From Pecten maximus (taxonomy: Eukaryota): a DNA stretch of 64,000 nt. Location: the NCBI RefSeq assembly GCF_902652985.1, contig NC_047032.1, forward strand, positions 28,086,001 through 28,150,000, given 5' to 3'. The notes under the pieces were generated by a model, which saw only the letters and a list, made by a program, of their open reading frames with translations, did no database searches and was not told the DNA's origin. Each line of letters starts with the position of its first letter. Within the stretch, counting starts at the first letter, position 1. The position numbers and the translations under genes were made by a program. Shown here piece after piece: positions 51,501 through 64,000 of this stretch.

Positions 51501-54500
51501 ACTACAACATCCAACTCTAACGCTAACTAGAATATTCAACTCAGATGCTAACTAGTACATCCGACTCTAACGCTAACTAGAATATCCAACTCTGATGCTA
51601 ACTAGAATATCCAATTCTTATGCTAACTAGAACACCCAACTCTGATGCTAACTAGAACATCCAACTCTGATGCTAACTAGAACATTCAACTCTGACGCTA
51701 ACAAGAACATCCAATTCTTATGCTAACTAGAACATCCAAATCTGACGCTAACTAGAACATCCAAATCTGACGCTAACTAGAACATCCAACTCTGACGCTA
51801 ACAAGAACATCCAATTCTTATGCTAACTAGAACATCCAACTCTGATGCTAACTAGAACATCCAACTCTGATGCTAACTAGAACATCCATCTCTAACGCTA
51901 ACTAGTACATCCAACTCTGATGCTAACTAGAATATCCAATTCTTATGCTAACTACAACATCCAACTCTAACGCTAACTAGAATATTCAACTCAGATGCTA
52001 ACTAGTACATCCGACTCTAACGTTAACTAGAATATCCAACTCTGATGCTAACTAGAATATCCAATTCTTATGCTAACTAGAACACCCAACTCTGATGCTA
52101 ACTAGAACATCCAACTCTGATGCTAACTAGAACATTCAACTCTGACGCTAACAAGAACATCCAATTCTTATGCTAACTAGAACATCCAAATCTGACGCTA
52201 ACTAGAACATCCAAATCTGACGCTAACCAGAACATCCAACTCTGACGCTAACAAGAACATCCAATTCTTATGCTAACTAGAATATCCATCTCTGATGCAA
52301 ACTAGAACATCCAACTCTGACGCTAACGAGAACATCCAACTCTGACGCTAACTAGAATATCCATCTCTGATGCTAACAAGAACATCCAACTCTGACGCTA
52401 ACAAGAACATCCAATTTTTATGCTAACTAGAACATCCAACTCTGACGCTAACAAGAACATCCAACTCTGATGCTAACTAGAACATCCAACTCTGATGCTA
52501 ACTAGAACATCCAACTCTGACGCTAACTAGAACATCCAACTCTGACGCTAACTAGAACATCCAACTCTGATGCTAACAAGAACATCCAACTCTGACGCTT
52601 ACTACAACATCCAACTCTGATGCTAACAAGAACATCCAACTCTGACGCTTACTAGAATATCCAATCTTTATGCTAAATAGAACATCCAACTCTGACTCTA
52701 ACAAGAACATCAAACTCTAACGCTAACTAGAACACCCAGCTCTGGCGCTGACAAAAAACATCCAACTCTGACTCTAACTAGAATATTAAACTCTGATGCT
52801 AACTAGAACATCCAACTCTAACGCTAACTAGTACATCCAACTCTGATGCTAACTAGAACATCCAACTCTGATGCTAACTAGAACATCCAACTCTGATGCT
52901 AACTAGAACATCCATCTCTAACGCTAACTAGTACATCCAACTCTGATGCTAACTAGAACATCCAACTCTGATGCTAACTAGAACATCCAACTCTGATGCT
53001 AACTAGAACATCCAACTCTGATGCTAACTAGAACATCCATCTCTAACGCTAACTAGTACATCCAACTCTGATGCTAACTAGAATATCCAATTCTTATGCT
53101 AACTACAACATCCAACTGTAACGCTAACTAGAATATTCAACTCAGATGCTAACTAGTACATCCGACTCTAACGCTAACTAGAATATCCAACTCTGATGCT
53201 AACTAGAATATCCAATTCTTATGCTAACTAGAACACCCAACTCTGATGCTAACTAGAACATCCAACTCTGATGCTAACTAGAACATTCAACTCTGACGCT
53301 AACAAGAACATCCAACTCTGATGCTAACTAGAACATCCAACTCTGATGCTAACTAGAACATTCAACTCTGACGCTAACAAGAACATCCAATTCTTATGCT
53401 AACTAGAACATCCAAATCTGACGCTAACTAGAACATCCAAATCTGACGCTAACCAGAACATCCAACTCTGACGCTAACAAGAACATCCAATTCTTATGCT
53501 AACTAGAATATCCATCTCTGATGCAAACTAGAACATCCAACTCTGACGCTAACGAGAACATCCAACTCTGACGCTAACTAGAATATCCATCTCTGATGCT
53601 AACAAGAACATCCAACTCTGACGCTAACAAGAACATCCAATTTTTATGCTAACTAGAACATCCAACTCTGACGCTAACTAGAACATCCAACTCTGATGCT
53701 AACTAGAACATCCAACTCTGATGCTAACTAGAACATCCAACTCTGACGCTAACTAGAACATCCAACTCTGACGCTAACTAGAACATCCAACTCTGATGCT
53801 AACAAGAACATCCAACTCTGACGCTAACTACAACATCCAACTCTGATGCTAACAAGAACATCCAACTCTGACGCTTACTAGAATATCCAATCTTTATGCT
53901 AAATAGAACATCCAACTCTGACTCTAACAAGAACATCAAACTCTAACGCTAACTAGAACACCCAGCTCTGGCGCTGACAAAAAACATCCAACTCTGACTC
54001 TAACTAGAATATTAAACTCTGATGCTAACTAGAACATCCAACTCTAACGCTAACTAGTACATCCAACTCTGATGCTAACTAGAACATCCAACTCTGATGC
54101 TAACTAGAACATCCAACTCTGATGCTAACTAGAACATCCAACTCTAACGCTAACTAGAACATCCAACTCTGATGCTAACTAGAACATCCAACTCTGATGC
54201 TAACTAGAACATCCAACTCTGATGCTAACTAGAACATCCAACTCTGATGCTAACTAGAACATCCATCTCTAACGCTAACTAGTACATCCAACTCTGATGC
54301 TAACTAGAATATCCAATTCTTATGCTAACTACAACATCCAACTGTAACGCTAACTAGAATATTCAACTCAGATGCTAACTAGTACATCCGACTCTAACGC
54401 TAACTAGAATATCCAACTCTGATGCTAACTAGAATATCCAATTCTTATGCTAACTAGAACACCCAACTCTGATGCTAACTAGAACATCCAACTCTGATGC

Positions 54501-55195
54501 TAACTAGAACATTCAACTCTGACGCTAACAAGAACATCCAATTCTTATGCTAACTAGAACATCCAAATCTGACGCTAACTAGAACATCCAAATCTGACGC
54601 TAACTAGAACATCCAACTCTGACGCTAACAAGAACATCCAATTCTTATGCTAACTAGAACATCCAACTCTGATGCTAACTAGAACATCCAACTCTGATGC
54701 TAACTAGAACATCCAACTCTAACGCTAACTAGTACATCCAACTCTGATGCTAACTAGAATATCCAATTCTTATGCTAACTACAACATCCAACTCTAACGC
54801 TAACTAGAATATACAACTCAGATGCTAACTAGTACATCCGACTCTAACGCTAACTAGAATATCCAACTCTGATGCTAACTAGAATATCCAATTCTTATGC
54901 TAACTAGAACACCCAACTCTGATGCTAACTAGAACATCCAACTCTGATGCTAACTAGAACATTCAACTCTGACGCTAGCAAGAACATCCAATTCTTATGC
55001 TAACTAGAACATCCAAATCTGACGCTAACTAGAACATCCAAATCTGACGCTAACTAGAACATCCAACTCTGACGCTAACAAGAACATCCAATTCTTATGT
55101 TAACTAGAACATCCAACTCTGACTCTAACAAGAACATCCAAACTCTGATGCTAACTTGAACATCCAACTATGACGCTAACTAGAACATCCAACTC
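48563..55195. repeat. 25-bp satellite (ctctgatgctaactagaacatccaa), ~265 copies, with higher-order duplications
   Basis: Directly visible. The rare variant cagctctggcgctgacaaaa recurs at 49261, 50561, 51262, 52737 and 53963. Confidence 0.97.
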
Positions 55196-56013
55196 TCCTC
55201 TTAGGTCAAACAAAAACATCTAACTGTGACATTAACTAGAAACTTCTCCACCATTTGACTCCAAATAATATGAAGACTAATTCTGAACGGCCATGTTAAA
55301 CACTAGCCATGTTAAACACTAGCCATGAACGTATTTGTAGTGGTTGATAGGTAAGGTGACAAATCTACGTACATCCAAACCGGACAGATTATATCTGTAT
55401 GATCGACCAGGCCGTTATGAATGAGATTTTTGACCTTTTGTAGACATATCTAGAGAAGCGGAAGTTATTTCTAAGTTCGTTATAGCGATGAAAGCTGGCC
55501 CCGTCAGATGTACCAATAGGTATCTTGTATTTTATTGTACCTGTGTATGTTTGGGAACTGTGAACCCAAGCCTTAAATGTTCGCAATCAGCGGACCAAGT
55601 GTGTTATCGACATATTTATGTGTCACCGGGTACTATGACCAAAGTATGATTTATACATTATGCGTCTTTGAACGGGTGTTCTATACATTTTTCATGTAAA
55701 TTTCTTTTAAATATAAAAAAAAAATCTGCGGCGATAAACTGGATGTGTCAGTGAGCGGTTATTTTTTTTAGATGTTTTCTTATCTTTATATTTATATATT
55801 AAGCCTTATAATTTTGTTTTCAAATAAGCCACAACGGATTACAATATAAATCATACCACGTATTACTGTATATAACGTAGTCCCACGATAGTCGACGCGA
55901 TGCTTCCATTTTCGCGTTTCCTGTTTCCAGAACATGGCATTACTTAAAATTGACTTATTTTTGCTGAGCAAGGGTCGTCGAAACGGAAAATGCTTACCAC
56001 TCTGAGACATCTT

Positions 56014-56250
56014 GGCCCAGTTGTTCAAAAGGTGATTAGGCTAATCACATTTTAACAACATTTTACAAATCCTGATATGATGATTTTCGGTAGAACTAGT
56101 TTGACAAAACTTTATGAAATTCTGTGATTCTTAATTCTCTTCCAACTGGCTTAATTCAACGATGCATACTTACAGGTTTTGCGTTAAATGAGAAATTAAT
56201 TTTTCACTAATCAAATGATTAAGCTAATCACCTTTTGAACAACTGGGCCC
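56014..56250. mobile_element. MITE, PIF/Harbinger-like termini
   Basis: Long inverted termini ggcccagttgttcaaaaggtgattag / ctaatcaccttttgaacaactgggcc. Confidence 0.8.
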
Positions 56251-57214
56251 TGGAGTATTTGTCATTATTAATTTATTTTTTTTTATCAATTTTTTTTCTT
56301 CAGTTTCCATTGTACAGAAGCCCTGGAGGGACATTTTAGTTAGCATTTATTTGTTGGCCTTTGTTCATTACTGCTATTTGTTAGTACCTATTGGTTAATA
56401 CTTTTTTTCTTGTTTTTATTATTGCTAATTAAGCATGTAACCTTTGTTCAGTAAAAAGAAATGTTAGCTTTTACCAACAGTACAAATCTAAATAAATACT
56501 CTTGTTTGTTCGTTAGAGCCGTCCATTTTGCCGGGCAGCCTTACCATGTTTTTTCGTAATTTTCAAATAACTAATTAGTAATAACAGCTTAATAATCACA
56601 AATAAACAATAATAAAAAAAAACAGTAATAAATAAATAGTACTATATCCCTCCATGTTCTTTGTGTAAGCCTATATTGATATATTTTGTTACTATTTTGC
56701 CCTTGTTTTACAGATTTTTATATTTATATAATAGATAAATGATTATTACATTTTTTTCACATCCTTAATTGGTAGGAGTTGCCAGAGTTGGGAAGCCCTG
56801 AGTTCATCTCCCTCGAACAATAGTGTTGTCCTCACACATTATATGTTGGTAAACATTTCTTTTATTGTATCTGTCCGCATGATATTGCTCCTTTTATAAT
56901 CTATAAGGTCAAACCGCTATACTGATATATATTCATATGTCAGGTATGGCGTAACAACATATCTACAGACAGTCCGTGAAAATATTGACTGTGTATACAA
57001 AATTGATGAATATTGGGAACAGACAAATTGAATTTGATTCGTTCTCCACGCTGCTGGTCAAAGTAGGACGGTGAGCTCAGGTAGAATGATTTGATACCTA
57101 CCGATGTGTTAACACAAATAGGTTAATCTAAATAAATGACGTACATATGTAAATACGTAAATAAAAATTACTTTATCTCTCTTCAAAAACACTTATTCTT
57201 GTGTAAAGTTAGGG

Positions 57215-60200
57215 ATGGCGTGGGTTGCCGTTCTCTTCGTCCTACCACTGTTTGCCGCTAAAGGTAAGACTAATATTACTACTTACTGTATGTTTTCAGA
57301 TAACTGTTTTACCAGATTAAAACAATCTTTGTCAAATGGCATTAACATCTAAAAAAAAAAAAAGTAAACTGCATATGTCATAATTAACATGCTATTAACA
57401 CGTTTGTAAGACTAATATTACTACTTACTGTATGTTTTCAGATAACTGTTTTATCAGATTAAAACAATCTTTGTCAAATGGCATTAACAACTAAATAAGT
57501 AAACAGCATATGTCATAATTAACATGCTATTAACACGTTTGTCTTTTGGGCTAACAAACAAAACGTTTTAACTTATCATTACTACTGAGGCCGTATGTTA
57601 CACTATTGAAAACGAATACAACTGTTATTGATGTTTAAAGTCACAGAATGAAAAACTGATATTCTAGGTGTCGTATTTATGATTCTTGGAAGAATGTGAT
57701 ATATGCTATCCTGCAGAATGAAAAAAAAATGAGATTTTAAATGTCGTGTTAACATTTCTTATGTACATGTAATTTAATAATTTTATACCTCATTATTATG
57801 ATAATAACAAAGAGTGAGATACATAACAGAGTTGTTTTTTTTTTAATTTTTATTAACTATTGAATACATATGTTCTAATTTTATGGACTAAATATGTTAA
57901 GCTGTTTATAAGAAAACATAATTTTTAAGTATTCGAATAAAATGTCTGAATATCAAACAACTACATCTGTAAAACCATTAATAACAAATCTCTCTTCATA
58001 GCCATTGAAATACGATTTTTTATAAGTCCACATGCAATGAGGTTTCAGGCAAGTGACATATGAATTTTTATTTATCTAAATGATAAATTATATTTAACAC
58101 TAAAGTGATGATGAGCTTTATCACAAAACACTATAACATTGTGAAAATGTTCAATTCCTTTCTCTACGTGGCATGGGACGTCATCTATTTAATTGGTGTA
58201 CATGTAGTATACCATGTTGGGCTGTAAATATAGCCCTCAGAATTAGGGACGGATTCTTCCTTAGAATATCATTTTAAGGATTTGAGTTCATAACAGGCAT
58301 GCAACCTAAACGTAATTCAACAATATCCAGATAACAAAATTGATAGGACAGAACATTCTAATATCAATTAGCTATAATATGCATATGTATTTGTGAATTA
58401 AAATGACTATACATATACATCAAATAACTTATCAAAACTATCGTTACACTTACAAACTTGACACTCAAGTAAACAAAATTAAAAAAAATAAGATGAAAAA
58501 AATAAAGCAAAAATAAATAAATAGATGAATGGATATTGATGTTACTTTTCGAAAATGACATATTATTCCTAGCGGTTCCATCCTGAAATAGCTGTAGCTG
58601 TTGATGTGATTTTAAAATTTAAAAAAGAGATATTTATCTCGTCAAAATCCATTCTGACAAATCGACTAATCATGATAATCAATCGTGATGACTTCTAGCT
58701 AGAAATTATTCTGAATCTTTAGATATAAGTCAAGATTATTATCTCAATTAAATGAATTTGGCACAGAAGAATGTATTGAATTAAATGTCTTTTTCTTTTG
58801 TTCTTTAGTGAGCTCACAATCGTGCGGAACAAAGAATGTTGGAGAAGTTGCTCCCGCCAACTTCCAGGATAACCTGGATACTGTGGCCAGGAGTAAGTGA
58901 TGACGCAAAGCGACACACGTACATTAATCTAAATATTCTTTTATCATTTAATAGTTCAATAGTCTATTCAACTTGGAGCCTTACGAATCATAAGTATGTA
59001 CATGTACTTATACATTTCAACAACATATATACACCGTGTAAGTTACCCGGTGATTCGCCTTTGTAATAGTACCTTGGGGTGTTTTTATTGGCTACGCCAC
59101 TCAGAAATCGATTGTGACGACATATTATGGACAGCGACGTGACGTCATGAATTGTGAATGGCGCAACAAAAATGTTGTCTCCATTTGATTGTATGCTCCA
59201 CATTTTTACTCTAAAACCTGTCAAATGTTAGTTTTCTGAGTATCTTAAAGGGGCATTCCTTTGTTCGGACATCAGAAACATGCTCAATTTCTAATGATGA
59301 AATACCGCCCGGTATATGTCCGAGCGATGATTATATCAGTGTCTGTGCTTACATGTAATGAAATAAAGCCGAAATGTACAAGAAAAATGCGTATCGTAAA
59401 CAAAAACTATAAGTCTTTGCGGTAATTAGTGATACTTCGGGTCGAATTAAAAAGATTCAGGACTTAATACTCAAAGAACTTTGGTTTATCTTGAGAGTAA
59501 AACTGCCTTATTAATGTCAAGATTATAACTTTTACTACTTGGAAGAAATACATATTTTCCAGTAAGTTTATTTTTGACGACCTTAACTTTATTCAAACGA
59601 AGGAATGCCCCTTTAAAGTTTTCATTATGATATGGCTTATCTCCAATCGTCTAGTAAACGTATCATTACTAATTTAATGCATTTGAACGCCGACCGCCCA
59701 AGTGAAAGGCAAGTGTGTAACTACTGCAATACCCGAACGCCCTAATCCTTTAGTTTTTACTAAGGTATTTACCTCTGGTTAAGTGAGATTTTACGATGTT
59801 TGTCGTCAAGAACTTTTATCAAACATACAAGCATTTCCAAAGTGTTTTCTTTACAAACATCTTGTATATAATTTTACCCATAAAATTTATTTCACCAAAC
59901 CTATTCATAGTTCTTACAAAATGGACATAGCACGTTTTAGACTAAGCTCATATAATTTGAATATTGAACAAGGAAGGTATATAAACCGTCAGAGAGATCA
60001 TAGGTTATGTGAAGTATGTAATGCTAATGACTTGAAGATGAATTTCATATTCTACTGATGTGCAGCTGCTACACTGGCTATAGGCAAAACGTATATCAAG
60101 CCATATTATTAAAGACGTCCCAATGTTGTTTTTTTTTAAAGTTGATTCTTCTGTTGAATACCCGAGCTATTGGAGAATTAGATAGGTTAGGTTCAGTTTC

Positions 60201-60473
60201 AAGCGCCGTTGTAAGTATATATAATTTTGCCTTAACTTTCATTTTAATCCTACATAAGTCTACAGACATGTCGAATGGTTCAGATTGTATAACTAAAAGT
60301 ATATATAACAGTATTTAATGTAAACTTTATTTCGTTTCTTTTGATAGAGTATATGACAACATTTTGTATCTTAAAAACAGAGACAGGATATGGAAACAAG
60401 CTTGAAAGCTTATACTAGTCCGCTTCCTTCAATTGGAATTTACATTATTGAGATGGACAGCAATAAACGAAAT

Positions 60474-60534
<61 letters not shown>

Positions 60535-63500
60535 ATATTATCTACTAGAAGGAGAGGTTGTGCAGGAGAGGGAGAGAGCTTAATATTATCTACTAGAAGG
60601 AGAGGTTGTGCAGGAGAGGGGATAGGTGAAAGTGCAGTTGGCTTGCCAGCTTAATTATTAACAACATCGAATCTTTCATGATTATAATCATCTCCATTAA
60701 GAGAAAAAATACAGGGTACCAAATGATTATATAACAGTACTTCTTAGCTACCCATTAGTGGTCCTTACTAAGCTAATATAATACAACATGTAAAATTGTA
60801 TATATAATACACGTAATTGAAGTAAACAGTGGTATTATTGACCGTTTCTATGGTACTAGTATATTGTGCATTTATTATAAATGAAGCGTATTGTATATAG
60901 TATATATTTAATATGCATTTATGATATATAAACATTACATATATATATATATATGCTTAATCTATATGTCAGTATTCATATAATTGTTATTCTGGGGCTT
61001 ATAACAAGGATGTGTATCAAGAATTTCTTATGAATTGCTCTGAATAGAAAATATAGTAGTTAATGAAATGAATGATGAAGTATCAGTACATAAACACTAT
61101 GATACATATGTAACTATCATTTGATATGAATGACATCATTTAAGTATACTGTAAATTATATACCTTGCGTTGCGTTCTTCTGTAGAACGATATATGACTT
61201 GTTAATTGATATAATGGTATGATTGTCCAATACTATCTGTATTATTGTATTATTGCATTATATTATGTCTACTCTCCAATGTGTCTTGTAACACAAGGAA
61301 ATAAACGAACCTGTAAGTAAAGGAGGGGTTACACACATACACATGTTAGCCATTTTAGATGTTGTATGTTAATATAAATGTAGACTGACTTAAGTATTTG
61401 ATGTAGCTGACATGCTAATGTATGTGATTGTCTTGGTAAAGGTTTTCAGATTGCAGGACTAAGAACTAATCTAACAAAATAAATCGAAATATATTAAACA
61501 TCTCTAAGATCTTGTGTTTCTCAATAGAGCGTATAAATCGATACTTTGCAGGTTGTAGGTGTAAACTAAAGTAAAATAGATAGAAATGTTTCCTATTGTT
61601 TTATTTATGGTTTTGGTAATTTATGAATATGATGTTTTAGCTCCAGGAGTCGGGTACCTGGCAACTCAATACACGTTTGACTGCTGCGGAGTAATTACTA
61701 AATGGCACGCTGTTATCGGCGCTTTGGGCATTGTTAAATTCCAAATATGGCGGCCAAGTGGAGCGAACTACGATTTAATTGGCGAAAATGAGTACACATT
61801 TAACTCGGGTAAGTAGCAACAGGGACATGTTTGACCATGCTACATTTTATATTTATCACGAGGAGGAAAAATGACACGTTCGTACACGCAAATTAAGAGG
61901 GGAAAGTTATATATACTGATAAGAGATAAGAACAAATACAAATGTACTTAATTTCCTGTTACCATCGAAACAAAGCTAAAGCTTATTTGTCACCTTTCAT
62001 TTTTGTAACGAATATTAGAGTCGAGCGCTTGCAAATGTTTCTCGGTTTCCTTAACTAGTGTAATACGTAATACGACCAGGGTATCCGGAAGTATGAGCGT
62101 CCTTACTTTGATGGATAACTCTCATCTAAATGTTTACCTTAACTAGTGTAATACGTTATACGACCAGGGTATCCGGAAGTATGAGCGTCCTTACTTTGAT
62201 GGATAACACTCATCTAAATGTGTAATACAAACTTATCTCATTATCTCGGCGTGTAGTACATTGACACATGTTTTGTTTTAATTTATACACAGCGGACCAA
62301 CTTACAGAGCAGATTCTCGGTGTGTCCACTGGTGAAATACTTACTGTGAAGCCAAATGATGTCATCGGATGGTCAGTATATGTGTATTTGATGTTTGTGT
62401 CGGATCTTTCTTTCGTAGAATCATATGCTTAGATAGTTTTCACGGAATAAAATTCAACAGTGTCATGTGAAATAAATATGATAAAATAAATCAAGAAATT
62501 ATAGTCCTTTATTTCAAATAAATGTTTATTTTCGCGATACTTTATTCAACAACGGATAACGGATAATATATATAATAAAAAGTTTTCACATAGAAAAAAG
62601 TCAACTGTCATAGATAAAGACACATATAGAAATATCTGTATCGACAGAAATAAGAAATATGAGAAGAATAAAGGAAAAATGATAAAGTAAACATAAATTA
62701 ACAAACGTACAATAATGAGATGGCTCAGCGCAAAACTCTCTCTACCTCAAGCATAGAGGTTATATTGAGACGACATGAGCCAACTACTTAAAAAATGTAT
62801 TTATAATTTCAACTAATACATGTAACAATCATGCACACATTACTAATTATATTAATACTACTAACTCATTTGCCCTTAAATACGAATTTCTGTTTCGAAA
62901 ATATATTCTAGATTTCTGTTCAGTACTTCACTTCAAGACAAAATGAGCCAAATAAGAAAAGAGTAGGTTAAGTTATGATTGTGACTAGTTATTTTCAAAA
63001 TGAACCGTCTGTTTATTGCTGTATGGTTTGTATAGGTACAGTGCCGATATTGACATAATACCATACAAAGGCGTGTCTGGTTCCGGTGCCGTTCAGCTGA
63101 CGATGGCAGCGCCCTCTACAGGCGATTCCGTAAACTGGACACCTGGAGCAACTCTTGGTGTGCGCACATATGCAGTTAATGCTCTAACAGGAGTTAGTGA
63201 GTATATAAATGATCTCTGTCGTTAGATTATTATTTTGTTTCGAAGAGAAAATCCAGAAGGGAAACAAATATAAGTTGCATTGATAACCTGAAACGAAACC
63301 TAGTTGCAAATAAACACAAATGTATGCAAAATATGTGTAAACTATTCATCAACAATAACAGAATTATATATCAATATAACATAGCAGCACAACTGACGAA
63401 GGAAGACAACTTTATAACTCGTGCCCTGACCGGGCCTCGAACTCACGATCTACGGTACCCAATGGCCTAGCCGGAAATACCACTGAGCTACATCCACGTT

Positions 63501-64000
63501 CTTAAAAAGGAACGTTTCAATGGCGCAGTAATGGTCAGCCCGATATCCCGACATAAGTCATAGTCGAAGAACTACACAGGCAAAATGACTTCATGTCAAT
63601 TCAGGTCAATTTCGTGTGAAAAGGTTCCTGTCAAATTGTCTTAAAAGACAAAATAGTCAATTCAAGTCAAGAATTTGACTGGAATTTGACATGAGGCAAA
63701 AATATCATGTCAAAATCAGGTCACTTTCAGGTCACTTTCAGGTCACTTTCAGATCAGTATTTTTTTCAGGTCAAATTTACTACATTTTGCCTGTGTATCT
63801 TTGATTTTTGTGAAATCAAAACTCTACCCAGTAAATGTTATGCAATGGTTCTGCATATGTCGATCAATGAAATAACGTAAACTTGGACACTAACGTTCAT
63901 TATCCATTGGTGTCTAATTTTAGATTCCTATCCGGCGTTTACAAACCTGGACCAGACCTTGACCTATCTGGACACAGACACCCCGCCCACCAGTCTTCTC
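57215..64000 (+). CDS. 5' part of an uncharacterised secreted/membrane protein: signal peptide, ~160-aa Cys/Trp-containing domain, then probable start of a cadherin-like repeat; exons 57215-57263, 58809-58892, 61641-61808, 62293-62371, 63036-63196, 63924->64000
   Basis: Six phase-compatible GT-AG exons give MAWVAVLFVLPLFAAK|VSSQSCGTKNVGEVAPANFQDNLDTVAR|TPGVGYLATQYTFDCCGVITKWHAVIGALGIVKFQIWRPSGANYDLIGENEYTFNS|ADQLTEQILGVSTGEILTVKPNDVIGW|YSADIDIIPYKGVSG...VNWTPGATLGVRTYAVNALTGV|NSYPAFTNLDQTLTYLDTDTPPTSLL. N-x-x-P-x-F resembles the cadherin linker motif. Confidence 0.8.
57264..57542. repeat. ~140-bp tandem duplication beginning at the splice donor of the signal-peptide exon
   Basis: gtaagactaatattactacttactgtatgttttcag...attaacacgtttgt occurs at 57264 and again at 57406. 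Confidence 0.9.
59249..59612 (+). mobile_element. TTAA-flanked MITE (Kolobok-like), copy 2, 364 bp
   Basis: TTAA at 59245-59248 and 59613-59616. TIRs aggggcattcctt / aaggaatgcccct. Confidence 0.85.
59785..60200 (+). mobile_element. Decayed 3' fragment of a LINE related to the element at 1-3060
   Basis: PKCFLYKHLVYNF..KIYFTKPI...IARFRLSSYNLNIEQGRY..RLCEVC aligns with SKCFLYQYIVDNFSIQFYLTKYI...LSKIRMSA at the left edge. It is frameshifted in the Cys-rich tail. Confidence 0.8.
60475..60620. repeat. (GA)n microsatellite followed by a 49-bp tandem duplication
   Basis: About 28 GA units; gagcttaatattatctactagaaggagaggttgtgcaggagaggg occurs twice. Confidence 0.93.
62049..62221. repeat. 88-bp intronic tandem duplication
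   Basis: ccttaactagtgtaatacg...ccagggtatccggaagtatgagcg...ctcatctaaatgt occurs twice. Confidence 0.9.
63345..63495 (-). mobile_element. tRNA-derived SINE (head and start of body)
   Basis: On the - strand, A box tagctcagtgg and B box gagttcgaggcc have tRNA-like spacing, but there is no clean cloverleaf. Intronic. Confidence 0.6.
63575..63795. mobile_element. MITE with CACAG termini, TA-flanked, and internal caggtca repeats
   Basis: ta-cacaggcaaaatg ... cattttgcctgtg-ta. Confidence 0.75.

Noticed and set aside
56770-57075. Exon-like segments upstream of the secreted-protein ATG
   Set aside because: They contain in-frame stops and cannot be joined in phase. They could be UTR exons or repeat debris, which cannot be resolved from sequence alone.
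63420-63495. tRNA gene
   Set aside because: A and B boxes are present, but there is no convincing acceptor or anticodon stem. It is better explained as a SINE head.

Overview
This is AT-rich, intron-containing eukaryotic DNA. The repeat landscape (Helentron/HINE-like elements, MITEs, tRNA-SINEs) suggests a mollusc, probably a bivalve; that is inference. Five genes were assembled by hand from GT-AG junctions with consistent phases. POLR3K (- strand, 3 exons, 108 aa) lies head-to-head with SNRNP25 (+, 5 coding exons, 188 aa). DLAT, the pyruvate dehydrogenase E2 (-, 11 exons, 503 aa, one lipoyl domain), lies head-to-head with MORN2 (+, 4 exons, 148 aa). The fifth is the 5' part of an uncharacterised secreted protein with a probable cadherin-type repeat, running off the right edge. 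The left edge holds a LINE ORF2 (endonuclease + RT) that is open for about 950 codons and is missing from the ORF track. About a third of the window is tandem repeat, with units of 12, 25, 27, 38, 44, 47, 51 and 70 bp. The most unusual signal is that several tandem arrays or duplications start at, or include, real splice sites. The clearest case is in DLAT, where the exon-8 3' end plus its donor is present 19 times as a GT..AG spacer followed by an in-frame 27-nt exon copy. No prokaryotic-type systems (CRISPR, operons) are present.
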